DNA of 30,440 nucleotides from Candidatus Sigynarchaeum calidifontis (GTDB lineage: Archaea; Asgardarchaeota; Lokiarchaeia; Sigyniarchaeales; Sigyniarchaeaceae): the NCBI GenBank assembly GCA_030587475.2, contig JAUQYZ020000165.1:1-30440 (forward strand), in the 5' to 3' direction. Position 1 is the stretch's first letter. Each line of letters opens with the position of its first letter. The notes below the pieces were generated by a model. That model saw only the letters and a list, made by a program, of their open reading frames with translations, searched no databases and was not told the origin of the DNA. The position numbers and the translations under genes were made by a program. Shown here piece after piece: positions 8,961 through 17,191 of this stretch.

Positions 8961-10094
8961 ATGGAGCAAGAAACGGCCATGTTTAGTAAAAAAGTCGACA
9001 AGTGGCGGATGGGTGTAAAACCGGAGGAGAAACCAGAAATTTCGGACAATGCCTCCAAGAAGTATCGCGCGGCGGTCGATAAGAACACGTCCATAGAGAT
9101 CATCAAGGATAGGGAAGTGATCTACTGGATCATAAAGAAAGATCTCCTGGACTACGAAACTTTCATCAGCGCATCGGAAGCGCCCGTGTCCAATGCTTTC
9201 GCGAAGGAGCCGGACTCGTTCGAGGCGTGCATTGCCGAGCGCGCTATCCTGGAAAAGGAGATATTCCCCATCGCCGATGCGATCAAGACCGTGTTTGGCC
9301 AGCAGCCAATGGAGCTCGACAAGATCTCGCTCACGATCGGCTCGGGCGAAAATGATTACGTGTCCCTGGACGAGACCGACCTCAAGAACATGCGCGTCGA
9401 GCCAACGCTCTTCGGGCTGCAAGATTTCATCGAGAAAAACAAGGACGGCATACTGGGCTTCGGCATCAGGGAGTTCGAGACGGACAAGGGAAACCTCATA
9501 TTCCTCAAGACCAAGCTCGTGCGTCCGACCAAGAACATCATCTCGATAGAGATCAACGTGATCTCTTCGATCCAGCAGCGTGGCTTCTACTTGCAAAAGG
9601 AATCGCACACGTGGGTCGGGCTCCAAAAGTACGTGATCATCAAGACCACCCAGATCGACGACGAGAAGCTGCTGTCCTTTCTCAAAGAACTCGACATCAA
9701 CTGGGAAGTCATGTTCTTGCGACGCACCCTGGCCGTGAACGATTGGTTGGAGATCGAGTGCGAGCGCAACACGTCCAACTTGAAATCGTATTTACGATTC
9801 GTGTATCCGATCCTTGGCTACATGGACATCCAGAACATCGTCAAGGTCGTCGAAGCGAACAGCTTGAACTTCAAGATCGCCTCGCGAACGGCCGAGTTGC
9901 TCTCCAAGCAGAAAAAAGAGGTACTCAACAACGAGAACGTCGACGTGACCTACCAGCCCATCGAGATGGCCGAGATCGTTGCAGCGGCGAGGCTCGCGGC
10001 AGCGTACCACGGCTTGAAAAGGGAGATCAAGCTCGATGCGGACGTGCGGCTAGAAGATGTCCTTCGTTTCGAGAAAATCCTCGCCAATTATTGA
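8961..10094 (+). CDS. Hypothetical soluble protein (377 aa)
   Basis: Long ORF with strong C/G third-position bias like its neighbours, an upstream promoter-like region and a downstream T-tract. No recognised motif. Alternative start at 8979. Confidence 0.8.
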   Translation: MEQETAMFSKKVDKWRMGVKPEEKPEISDNASKKYRAAVDKNTSIEIIKDREVIYWIIKKDLLDYETFISASEAPVSNAFAKEPDSFEACIAERAILEKEIFPIADAIKTVFGQQPMELDKISLTIGSGENDYVSLDETDLKNMRVEPTLFGLQDFIEKNKDGILGFGIREFETDKGNLIFLKTKLVRPTKNIISIEINVISSIQQRGFYLQKESHTWVGLQKYVIIKTTQIDDEKLLSFLKELDINWEVMFLRRTLAVNDWLEIECERNTSNLKSYLRFVYPILGYMDIQNIVKVVEANSLNFKIASRTAELLSKQKKEVLNNENVDVTYQPIEMAEIVAAARLAAAYHGLKREIKLDADVRLEDVLRFEKILANY

Positions 10095-10103
10095 GGATCC
10101 AGA

Positions 10104-10110
10104 TTTTTTT
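10104..10110 (+). terminator. T7 tract between convergent genes
   Basis: TTTTTTT about 10 nt after the stop at 10094. Confidence 0.4.
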
Positions 10111-10115
10111 ATTTG

Positions 10116-10805
10116 TTAAAAGGAAACAATGCCTTGCTTGCACATGTAGCGCAAGATCGACGCCACGCGGGCAGATTCCATACCCGACAGCTTGGCTATC
10201 TCGTCCGCGCTGGTCTTGCCATCGATATATTTGACAACTTTCTCGTGCATCTCCTCGGTGAAGTTGAACACGCAGCGGATATCGTCCGCGGGCATCAGCA
10301 ACCGCGGCACGAGCCCCTTTTCCTTTGGTGTCCCGGAGTGTTCCTGCCGTAATTCCTTCGACAACAATTCTCTCTGGACAATCGCCTCGAAGCCTTCGTA
10401 ATGACGCATGTTGATCATGTTCGTGTGCAATATATGATCGCCGTAGACTTGCAAAAACCGTGCCGAGATGTTTCGGAGGAATCGCTCCACCAGAGTCTCT
10501 TCCATGTTGCCATCGGTGCAAATGACGAAAAGCAATGACTCGACCTGATAGAACGTGAAGCGGACATTGCTGGACGTGACCAGCGTTCGCATCTCGCCGA
10601 AATCCTTCATGTCGTGGAGGAACGCCGTCAACGCCGTCAAGAACCCACTGACGAGCGTTTGGTTACCTTCCCCCGATGTCGACGGGGAGGGCACGAGGTC
10701 CCGCGTGAAGACCGGCAGCCCATTCTTGAGAATGTAAAGGCTACGAACAGGACACGCGTCTGCCGCACCTTGCACGGCCATGCCGGTTCTGTCGCTCGCG
10801 ATCAT
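10116..10805 (-). CDS. Longin-like domain + C-terminal winged helix (NPRL2-like architecture)
   Basis: N-part SLYILKNGLPVF...LVSGFLTALTAF...LLFVICTD...FL..I...F...Y fits the longin/roadblock-like pattern. C-part VP...YIDGKTSADEIAKLSGM...ILRYMCKQGIV fits a winged helix. Start uncertain (10814, 10805 or 10781). Confidence 0.72.
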   Translation of the reverse strand: MIASDRTGMAVQGAADACPVRSLYILKNGLPVFTRDLVPSPSTSGEGNQTLVSGFLTALTAFLHDMKDFGEMRTLVTSSNVRFTFYQVESLLFVICTDGNMEETLVERFLRNISARFLQVYGDHILHTNMINMRHYEGFEAIVQRELLSKELRQEHSGTPKEKGLVPRLLMPADDIRCVFNFTEEMHEKVVKYIDGKTSADEIAKLSGMESARVASILRYMCKQGIVSF

Positions 10806-10937
10806 TGCATTCAATCCCAGTGGTCGAATGTTATAGAGCGGCTATATCATCGAGCGATATATGTTGCCGCAATCCTTGTATGTCCAGCGTGAACGACTTT
10901 ATATGCCGCCTTGTGCATCAACGTTATAGTGAACAAA

Positions 10938-12059
10938 ATGATTCTCCAGCCATCCGGACTTGCTATCATGAGCGCGCTCTACCCTTTCCTCGCCATCACG
11001 CCTTTATCCGTGTTTCTCGTGCTTTTCCTTGCGAAATTCTTGAAGACCAGGCAGAGGATGTTTTTACGTCTCTCGTTCTTGTTCATCTCCACGATCCTCA
11101 ACCAGGCATGCTTGATCCTCATGGTGATCTCGAGCTCGCGCGTCGTGGCGGAGAGGCTCTTCGTGGGGGCTCAAGTACTCGAAGTGACGAGCATGCTCGT
11201 CATGGTCACCGTGCTCGAAGTATTCGAAGAAAACCAACCATTCTCCCCGCGTGTCGCGGGATTCACGGCCATTGCCTCGATGATCGTCGGAACCTTGATT
11301 TCTGGCCCGAAACTTGATGCGATCGAGATCACGACACCGATCGGAGCGGGTTACTTGGTTCATTTCATCCGTCCCGATGTTGCAGGCTTCTTCATGGGCA
11401 TCTTTCCCGTTCTCGTCGGGATCTGGGTCATCAAGTCCTTTTTCACGAAACGCAAGCTCACGAGGAGCAAGGACCAAGGACGCCTTCTCTTCTTGTTGTA
11501 TTTGGGCATCTTCGTCTCCCAGTGCGCAGGCACGTTTGCACCCGTGGCCATCGAGACCGCGGGCAGCATCACCCTTAAAGACATCGCGTGGAACATCGGG
11601 ATCTTGCGAGTGGTCGGCATCGGGATCATCGGCATCGCCTTCTACCAGGTGGCGAAAAAGCCATGGCTTTTGCAGTTGCAGCGTATCCACTTGCTCTTGG
11701 TCTACGCGAAGAATGGCATAACGCTGTTTTCCCAGCGTTTCCGGGCGGACATATCCGATGATGATGTCCAGCTACTCGCCGGTGCAATAACCGCGGTGGC
11801 GTCGCTGTTCCGGGAATCGACAAAAGAAACGAGCCCCATCGAGGCGATTCAATTCAAGGGCAAAGCCGTCCGCATCATCGACCGTGGCGATTTCACGTGC
11901 GCCATCATGGTCGATTACGCGTCACAAGCCTCGGACAGCGCGCACAAGCTCTTCGTCCAGGAATTCGAGGCGGTTTTCGCCGCGGAAATAGCCGGCTTCA
12001 CGGGGGAGGTTTCCAAGTTCGAAAAAGCGGAAGCTATCACGGCCAAGTACTTCGCGTGA
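10938..12059 (+). CDS. 7TM membrane protein with C-terminal longin-like domain
   Basis: About 7 hydrophobic helices, then IHLLLVYAKNGITLFS...LLAGAITAVASLF...F...F...I..FTGEVSKF. TTTATA at 10898-10903 supports a start at 10938. Confidence 0.75.
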   Translation: MILQPSGLAIMSALYPFLAITPLSVFLVLFLAKFLKTRQRMFLRLSFLFISTILNQACLILMVISSSRVVAERLFVGAQVLEVTSMLVMVTVLEVFEENQPFSPRVAGFTAIASMIVGTLISGPKLDAIEITTPIGAGYLVHFIRPDVAGFFMGIFPVLVGIWVIKSFFTKRKLTRSKDQGRLLFLLYLGIFVSQCAGTFAPVAIETAGSITLKDIAWNIGILRVVGIGIIGIAFYQVAKKPWLLQLQRIHLLLVYAKNGITLFSQRFRADISDDDVQLLAGAITAVASLFRESTKETSPIEAIQFKGKAVRIIDRGDFTCAIMVDYASQASDSAHKLFVQEFEAVFAAEIAGFTGEVSKFEKAEAITAKYFA

Positions 12060-12087
12060 TTGAAGCCATTCGCTGTCCGTGTTGTCC

Positions 12088-12095
12088 TTTTTTTT
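12088..12095 (+). terminator. T8 tract terminator candidate
   Basis: Lies between the convergent 7TM-longin and vWA genes. Confidence 0.45.
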
Positions 12096-12102
12096 GGTTG
12101 CT

Positions 12103-14475
12103 TTAACAAAGCGCCGCGGCGAGATTTTTCACGAGATAGATTAACTTGTTCGTGATATCCCTCGGGTCATCGAGCACGATGTAATTGGCACTTCCATAGA
12201 TATCTTTCAAGTAATCGCGGCCCTTCTGGTCGATGGAAATGGCGAAAAGCTTGATTCCTTGCTTCAAGAATTGAATAGCCTTGGCAGTCATGGTCTCGGC
12301 GACCTCGCCCACGTATTCCGTCCCGCCATGGTGCGGCTCCCCATCAGAAATGATGATCATGACCGGCAATCTCTTTTGAAGGGCTTTCAAGTAACGAGCG
12401 GCGATTGCCTTGAATGACGTGCCATCCCGGTTTTCTCCACTCTCGAACGAAACCCAGATGCTGCCGAGTTTCCGTGGATCCGGTGCTTCATCAAGGCGCT
12501 TGTAGATTTTTTCCACGATGATGTTTCTTCCAGCGATCGCGGAAAAACCGATAACGCCAAAATCGATACATGTTCCTTTCAATGCCTCCGCGAGGATGAT
12601 GGCGGATTTCTTTGCGATGTAGATGGGCAAGCAGCTATTGTTGTGTTCCACCCCGCATGCGTTCTCGCTATTGGAAGCGGACGAGGTCATGGAACAAACA
12701 TCCATCATGCGGCATTCCACGAGGGAATCTTTCGGCCACGCTCCAGAAAAGTTGCAAGAGTCGCGGTCTGGGCATTCCTTGTAAACGATGCATCTGCTGG
12801 CCTTGGGACAGCACCAGTCCCCCTCATCGTTCTCGAAAAACTTGAAACCGTCATCGACGCTCATGGAAGCAGATTCATCAATGAGGATGAGTAAGCTTGC
12901 TCCCCTTTTCTCGAAGTTGGTTTTAAACGGGCGGTTGAATTTGCCCTTGCTCGAGACGACACGTGGCAGGTCCCGGTCGCAGAGGATGCCGCGCCGCGCA
13001 CCCCGTTGCATGAGCGGGTTGATCTTTATGCGCTCGAGCATTTTCCGCAATTGCTTGATGGTATACCCGTTATCGCGCACGATCGTGGAGTATTCCTTGA
13101 GTGGATCCTCGATGCTATTGAATTCCCGGAGCCTGACGACGTCATCGATCGAATCAACGATCACGGCTTCGCTATCGTTGGCGCCCTCATCATCGCTCAC
13201 GGTGACGTTTGCTTCGATCGTATCATCTGGTTCCGGCTCATCACGCCCGGGGGCCTTGATGATGTCATCGAGCCGCTTGGCCTCCTTCTTGACGAGCGAT
13301 TTCAAAGCCTTCTGCAGTTTTTCCGCGTTATCACCGGCCGCCTTGAGTTTCTTCATCATCTCGCCAATTACCTTGCGATCCCGCTTCTCCACGTCGTCGA
13401 TACCAATCCCGCTTTCGACGAGGGTCATGGTGATGACCTGGTTCGCGAGTGCCCGGGATTGCCGCTTTCCATTGGAATCATACGATTTGCTCCCTGAAGG
13501 CGATTCACGCGTCCCTGGTGGACGGGGAAATTGCAAGCGTCGAGCATCCTCGGGATTACTCGGTTCATTTTTGCCGCGTGGGGAAATTGACAATTCTGGA
13601 CCGCCATTGGCTACCAGCCGTGGATCCTCATGCACTGCTTGGTCTCGCAAGTCCCGCCCTTGCTGGTCCTTTTCGTTTCCACGTGGCTCGTTGAAAGTCT
13701 CTCGATCTTTTTCCGCGTCCAGCTTTTCAAGCAAGTTTTTTAATGCATTGATGACCCGCTTTGACGAGATGACGGTCGCTGGAAAGGTCAGTTCCTCGTG
13801 CAGATACTCGCTGGCGGCGATGTATTCGCGCCAGAATGCACCGAGAGGCTCCGCGGCGTACTTGAATCCGCCGCTAGCATCCCTCAAAGCATCGGAATAA
13901 AGCAGCTCCGCGTGGCCAGTGGAGTGTGCGCTCATGAGGTGCAAACAGAGATCGACCGTCCGCTGCGAGTGGAGGATTTCCTTGCCATCGGCAGAGAATC
14001 GCTGGAGATTCGCCTGGACCTGGCGTACATTCGCTTTATCGAGGTCCATCCAGAACCCGTAGTAGGTCTCCTTGAGCAGTGTCTCGATGCGGGCGTCCTC
14101 GAGAATGTTAAGCACGGCGTGGCCGATCAAGGGATTCTCCGGGCACACGAGCTCGTGTATCTTCGTGCCGAACACCGTCTTGAAACGGATATGCGCTGCC
14201 TCGTGAGAGGCGATGCCCACCTTCTCGTCAAACGAGTAAGCAGGCGTGGTGATGGGCAGCCACACGTTGTATCCGTCCGTTCGCGGCACACCATCGAATA
14301 TCTCGTGTATTTTCTTGTTCGCAACGCGTTTCGTGACGATCTTGAGCAGTTTCACTGCGTGGGACGGCACGTTCAATGCCTTGTGAAGGGGTTGTCTCGT
14401 GTTTTGATGCAAGAGAAGATGCACCGGATCTTTTGGCCGCCGTGTTCCAACGGCAGCCTTGCATTTTATAGACAT
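12103..14475 (-). CDS. vWA-domain protein, NorD/CbbO/CobT-like, with N-terminal HExxH and a Cys-rich insert
   Basis: SHEAAHIRF and NILEDARIE near the N-terminus, a low-complexity charged linker, MIDAS LIDESASM, ENRDG and IISDGEP. Exact start uncertain. Confidence 0.85.
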   Translation of the reverse strand: MSIKCKAAVGTRRPKDPVHLLLHQNTRQPLHKALNVPSHAVKLLKIVTKRVANKKIHEIFDGVPRTDGYNVWLPITTPAYSFDEKVGIASHEAAHIRFKTVFGTKIHELVCPENPLIGHAVLNILEDARIETLLKETYYGFWMDLDKANVRQVQANLQRFSADGKEILHSQRTVDLCLHLMSAHSTGHAELLYSDALRDASGGFKYAAEPLGAFWREYIAASEYLHEELTFPATVISSKRVINALKNLLEKLDAEKDRETFNEPRGNEKDQQGRDLRDQAVHEDPRLVANGGPELSISPRGKNEPSNPEDARRLQFPRPPGTRESPSGSKSYDSNGKRQSRALANQVITMTLVESGIGIDDVEKRDRKVIGEMMKKLKAAGDNAEKLQKALKSLVKKEAKRLDDIIKAPGRDEPEPDDTIEANVTVSDDEGANDSEAVIVDSIDDVVRLREFNSIEDPLKEYSTIVRDNGYTIKQLRKMLERIKINPLMQRGARRGILCDRDLPRVVSSKGKFNRPFKTNFEKRGASLLILIDESASMSVDDGFKFFENDEGDWCCPKASRCIVYKECPDRDSCNFSGAWPKDSLVECRMMDVCSMTSSASNSENACGVEHNNSCLPIYIAKKSAIILAEALKGTCIDFGVIGFSAIAGRNIIVEKIYKRLDEAPDPRKLGSIWVSFESGENRDGTSFKAIAARYLKALQKRLPVMIIISDGEPHHGGTEYVGEVAETMTAKAIQFLKQGIKLFAISIDQKGRDYLKDIYGSANYIVLDDPRDITNKLIYLVKNLAAALC

Positions 14476-14572
14476 TTTTAAACCCCCCTCCCCTTAGCAA
14501 GTGCGCCTCGCTCGAAATGCTCGGCCGAGACGGACGGGGCGCGGCTATACATTCCGAAAGGACGGGAGCATC

Positions 14573-15610
14573 ATGGCATCATCGAAGGGAAAACAACAAG
14601 CCAAGCTAGCGGGGGGTATCGATAACGACGCGGCATCGCGCTCCCCTGGCCTAGCAAAAACGATAACCACGACCGAGCTCGGCACGAAAAGCGTCGTGCA
14701 CAATGTCATCTATCCGTCCGGTGACGAGCAAGAATATTTCGCCATGCAAGAATATCATTCGGCAGGCCACGTGTACACGGAAATCGACGTGATACGCCTG
14801 GCCTTGGAGCGGGACGCGAGAAACGAATCAAGACGGGTGACGACCGTGTATTTCATGAGCCCCCCTGGTCTTGGGAAGACCGTGCTCGGCGCGTGGCTGG
14901 CACGCGAGTACAATTGCCCCTATCAAGTCATCAACTGCGTCTCGTCGATGACCGACCTCGACTTGCTCGGGTCGCACGTGCTCGTGGGTCAAGAGACGAT
15001 CTGGCAGGACGGGCCATTGCCGTCCATCATCAGGGCGACCAACGAGCACGCCATGGGCATCTTGATCATCAACGAGCTCAACGCGCTCACGACGAACGCG
15101 CAGCTCGGTCTCAATCCCTTGCTCGACAAGCAGCAATGCGTCATCTTGACGCAAAACAACAACGAGCGCGTGCAAGTGCAGCCCGGGGCTCATCTCTTGA
15201 TCCTGGCATCGATGAATCCGGACATCCTCGGCGTGAACGAGTTGCAAGAGGCCGTGCGTGACCGGTCCAACATGGTGCTCTATTTCGACTACCCGACCGT
15301 TGAAAAGGAGGCCGAACTCGTGCACAAGCTCACCGGGCTCGACGTGGAAACGGCGACGCGCTTCACGAGCGTGATTAGCGAGTGCCGGCTGCTCAAGACC
15401 CGGGATCGCCAGATCACGCAAGCTCCGAGCACGCGGGGGCTGCTCGACTGGATCAACTACGCGCCTGTCCTCGGCACCGAGGTCGCCTTCGAGCTCACCA
15501 TCGTGAACCGTTACGGGACGACGGAGGACGAACGCAACGCCTTGAAGATGATCGCCAGGGGAAAGCACATCGCCAACCTCGTGCTCACCCATGATTCTTT
15601 CGGTCAATAA
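14573..15610 (+). CDS. MoxR/CbbQ/NorQ-type AAA+ ATPase
   Basis: Walker A SPPGLGKT, DLLG, WQDGPL, Walker B ILIINE, ASMNP, EAVRDR, FDYP and PSTR. Start at ATG 14573 with GGGAG upstream. Confidence 0.88.
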   Translation: MASSKGKQQAKLAGGIDNDAASRSPGLAKTITTTELGTKSVVHNVIYPSGDEQEYFAMQEYHSAGHVYTEIDVIRLALERDARNESRRVTTVYFMSPPGLGKTVLGAWLAREYNCPYQVINCVSSMTDLDLLGSHVLVGQETIWQDGPLPSIIRATNEHAMGILIINELNALTTNAQLGLNPLLDKQQCVILTQNNNERVQVQPGAHLLILASMNPDILGVNELQEAVRDRSNMVLYFDYPTVEKEAELVHKLTGLDVETATRFTSVISECRLLKTRDRQITQAPSTRGLLDWINYAPVLGTEVAFELTIVNRYGTTEDERNALKMIARGKHIANLVLTHDSFGQ

Positions 15611-15722
15611 AGCCCCCTTTCTTTCCTTGGGGCAAATCTTGAGCTCCTAGATGGTGATTGTGGGGGAAATATTAAAGCCGTGCAATAGGTTTAGATAGGA
15701 ATGTCGCGCTCGTTATCACGGT

Positions 15723-16259
15723 ATGGACGACATGACCATGTGCCCAGGCGGCAAGTGCCCGCGGAAGTATGGCTGCATGCGATACATCGGCAAGATCGAG
15801 GGCCGCCAGGACTTCTTCACGGTTCCCCCGTTCAAGGACGCGGAAACTTGCGCGCATTACATTGATGCACGCGTCGAGCTAGCCAGAAATTTCACTCACG
15901 AGCAGATTGCCGCCCGTGCATACGAAATATTCAAGGAAAACAGGACATATCACGACTATTCGTGGTTCCTGGCAGAAGCATTGCTGGTGATCGAGCAAGT
16001 AATTCGTGGAGATCCCGCCGTGATCGCGCCGGATGCATGTCTCGCGGATCCAAACGCTTGGACGTTTAACAAGCGCGCGATCAGCCAGGACATGATACGC
16101 ATCGCCGCGCGGGCAGTCGCCGGGAAACGTGCACCCGTCCAGGACTTGCACTGGTCGCTCGCGGAGGCTTCCTTGCTCCTGCGAGCACTCGAGGAGCGGT
16201 TCCGCGATGTCATCTTGCGGGAGCGCCGAAACCCGACATTGGAGCCAAGCACGCGGTAA
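15723..16259 (+). CDS. Small protein: Cys-rich N-terminal module + two DUF2934-like helical repeats
   Basis: MCPGGKCPRKYGCMRY...C. Repeats EQIAARAYEIF...SWFLAEALL and DMIRIAARAV...HWSLAEASL match the I-x-x-RAY...W-x-x-AE pattern of DUF2934. Confidence 0.68.
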   Translation: MDDMTMCPGGKCPRKYGCMRYIGKIEGRQDFFTVPPFKDAETCAHYIDARVELARNFTHEQIAARAYEIFKENRTYHDYSWFLAEALLVIEQVIRGDPAVIAPDACLADPNAWTFNKRAISQDMIRIAARAVAGKRAPVQDLHWSLAEASLLLRALEERFRDVILRERRNPTLEPSTR

Positions 16260-16304
16260 TTCTTCCAGCCGGAAGAGATCTTCGGACAACATAGGACGCT
16301 TTTT

Positions 16305-16354
16305 ATGGACAACGACGAAAAATGATCTGATGGACTACGACGAAAAATGATCTG
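16305..16354 (+). repeat. Tandem direct repeat, 2 x 25 bp (1 mismatch)
   Basis: ATGGACAACGACGAAAAATGATCTG / ATGGACTACGACGAAAAATGATCTG, immediately upstream of the MTase at 16378. Confidence 0.9.
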
Positions 16355-16377
16355 ATGCTGGTGAGCTGCAAAGAGCT

Positions 16378-17190
16378 ATGGAGAATGATGTAAAGGAAAG
16401 CAGTTACGAACTCGTGCTCGGCGACGTGCTGGAAACGTTACCCAGATTTCCCGAGAAGTTCAACCTCATCATCGCGGATCCACCATTTGGTCTCGAGTTC
16501 GATAAAAGTAGCCACGAATATGGCGCAGATAATTATATCCTTTACGATGACAAGTTCTCCGGCAATGAATACGAGGAGTTTTCGTTCAAATGGATTTCTA
16601 CTTGTTATGGTGCCCTTAAATCAAACGGGACCATGTACGTGATCAGCGGCTGGACCCGGATAGGTGAAATCCTGAACGCGGTCAAGCGCACGCGGTTCCA
16701 TCTCATCAACCACATCATCTGGCATTTTGGATGGGGCGTGTTCGCCCGCAAGAGATATGTCACAAGCCATTACCACATACTTTTTCTCGCGAAGGACAAG
16801 AATGACTATTGTTTCATCCCGCAATTTTCTAACCCGTACACAAAGCGAAAGGGGGAGAAATATGAAGAGGATGTTTGGTATTGGCCAGAATATAACAGGG
16901 GCAACGACCCTGACCGCGTTTATGGCCATCCATGTCAAATTCCCTTAGCCGTCCTCGAAAAGATCGTGTCAATATCTTCCAAGCCCGGCGACTGGGTGGG
17001 TGATGTCTTTTCCGGGAGTGGCGGGACGATCCTCGCGTGCCGGCGCCTCGGGCGGAACGTGATCGGGTTCGAGAAGAACGAGGCCTACAAGGACGTGATC
17101 AAGCAAAAAGCCAAGTTTGGCGAACGGATCGTCCCGAAAACCGATGTAAAAGCTAAGAAATCGAGCCTCGATGCGTTCATGAAAAGCTAG
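16378..17190 (+). CDS. Beta-class N4C/N6A DNA methyltransferase (MTase A)
   Basis: Catalytic ADPPF precedes IIW, DVW, HPCQIP and the SAM motif DVFSGSGGT, followed by IGFE. Confidence 0.92.
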   Translation: MENDVKESSYELVLGDVLETLPRFPEKFNLIIADPPFGLEFDKSSHEYGADNYILYDDKFSGNEYEEFSFKWISTCYGALKSNGTMYVISGWTRIGEILNAVKRTRFHLINHIIWHFGWGVFARKRYVTSHYHILFLAKDKNDYCFIPQFSNPYTKRKGEKYEEDVWYWPEYNRGNDPDRVYGHPCQIPLAVLEKIVSISSKPGDWVGDVFSGSGGTILACRRLGRNVIGFEKNEAYKDVIKQKAKFGERIVPKTDVKAKKSSLDAFMKS

Positions 17191-17191
17191 A

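Noticed and set aside
12630-12860. Intein in the vWA domain
   Set aside because: No C-terminal His-Asn followed by Cys/Ser/Thr at a plausible junction (HNNS is not canonical), no block B TxxH, and too short.
12788-13900. 370-aa + strand ORF (and many similar long antisense or alternate-frame ORFs)
   Set aside because: It is a Ser/Arg-rich shadow of the motif-bearing vWA gene, as expected from GC-rich codon bias.
16305-16354. CRISPR array
   Set aside because: Only two adjacent units with no spacer, and no cas genes.
16378-16980. AT-richer 5' part of MTase A as a recombined mosaic
   Set aside because: Largely explainable by Tyr/Phe/Lys/Asn-rich composition. No breakpoint can be supported by eye.
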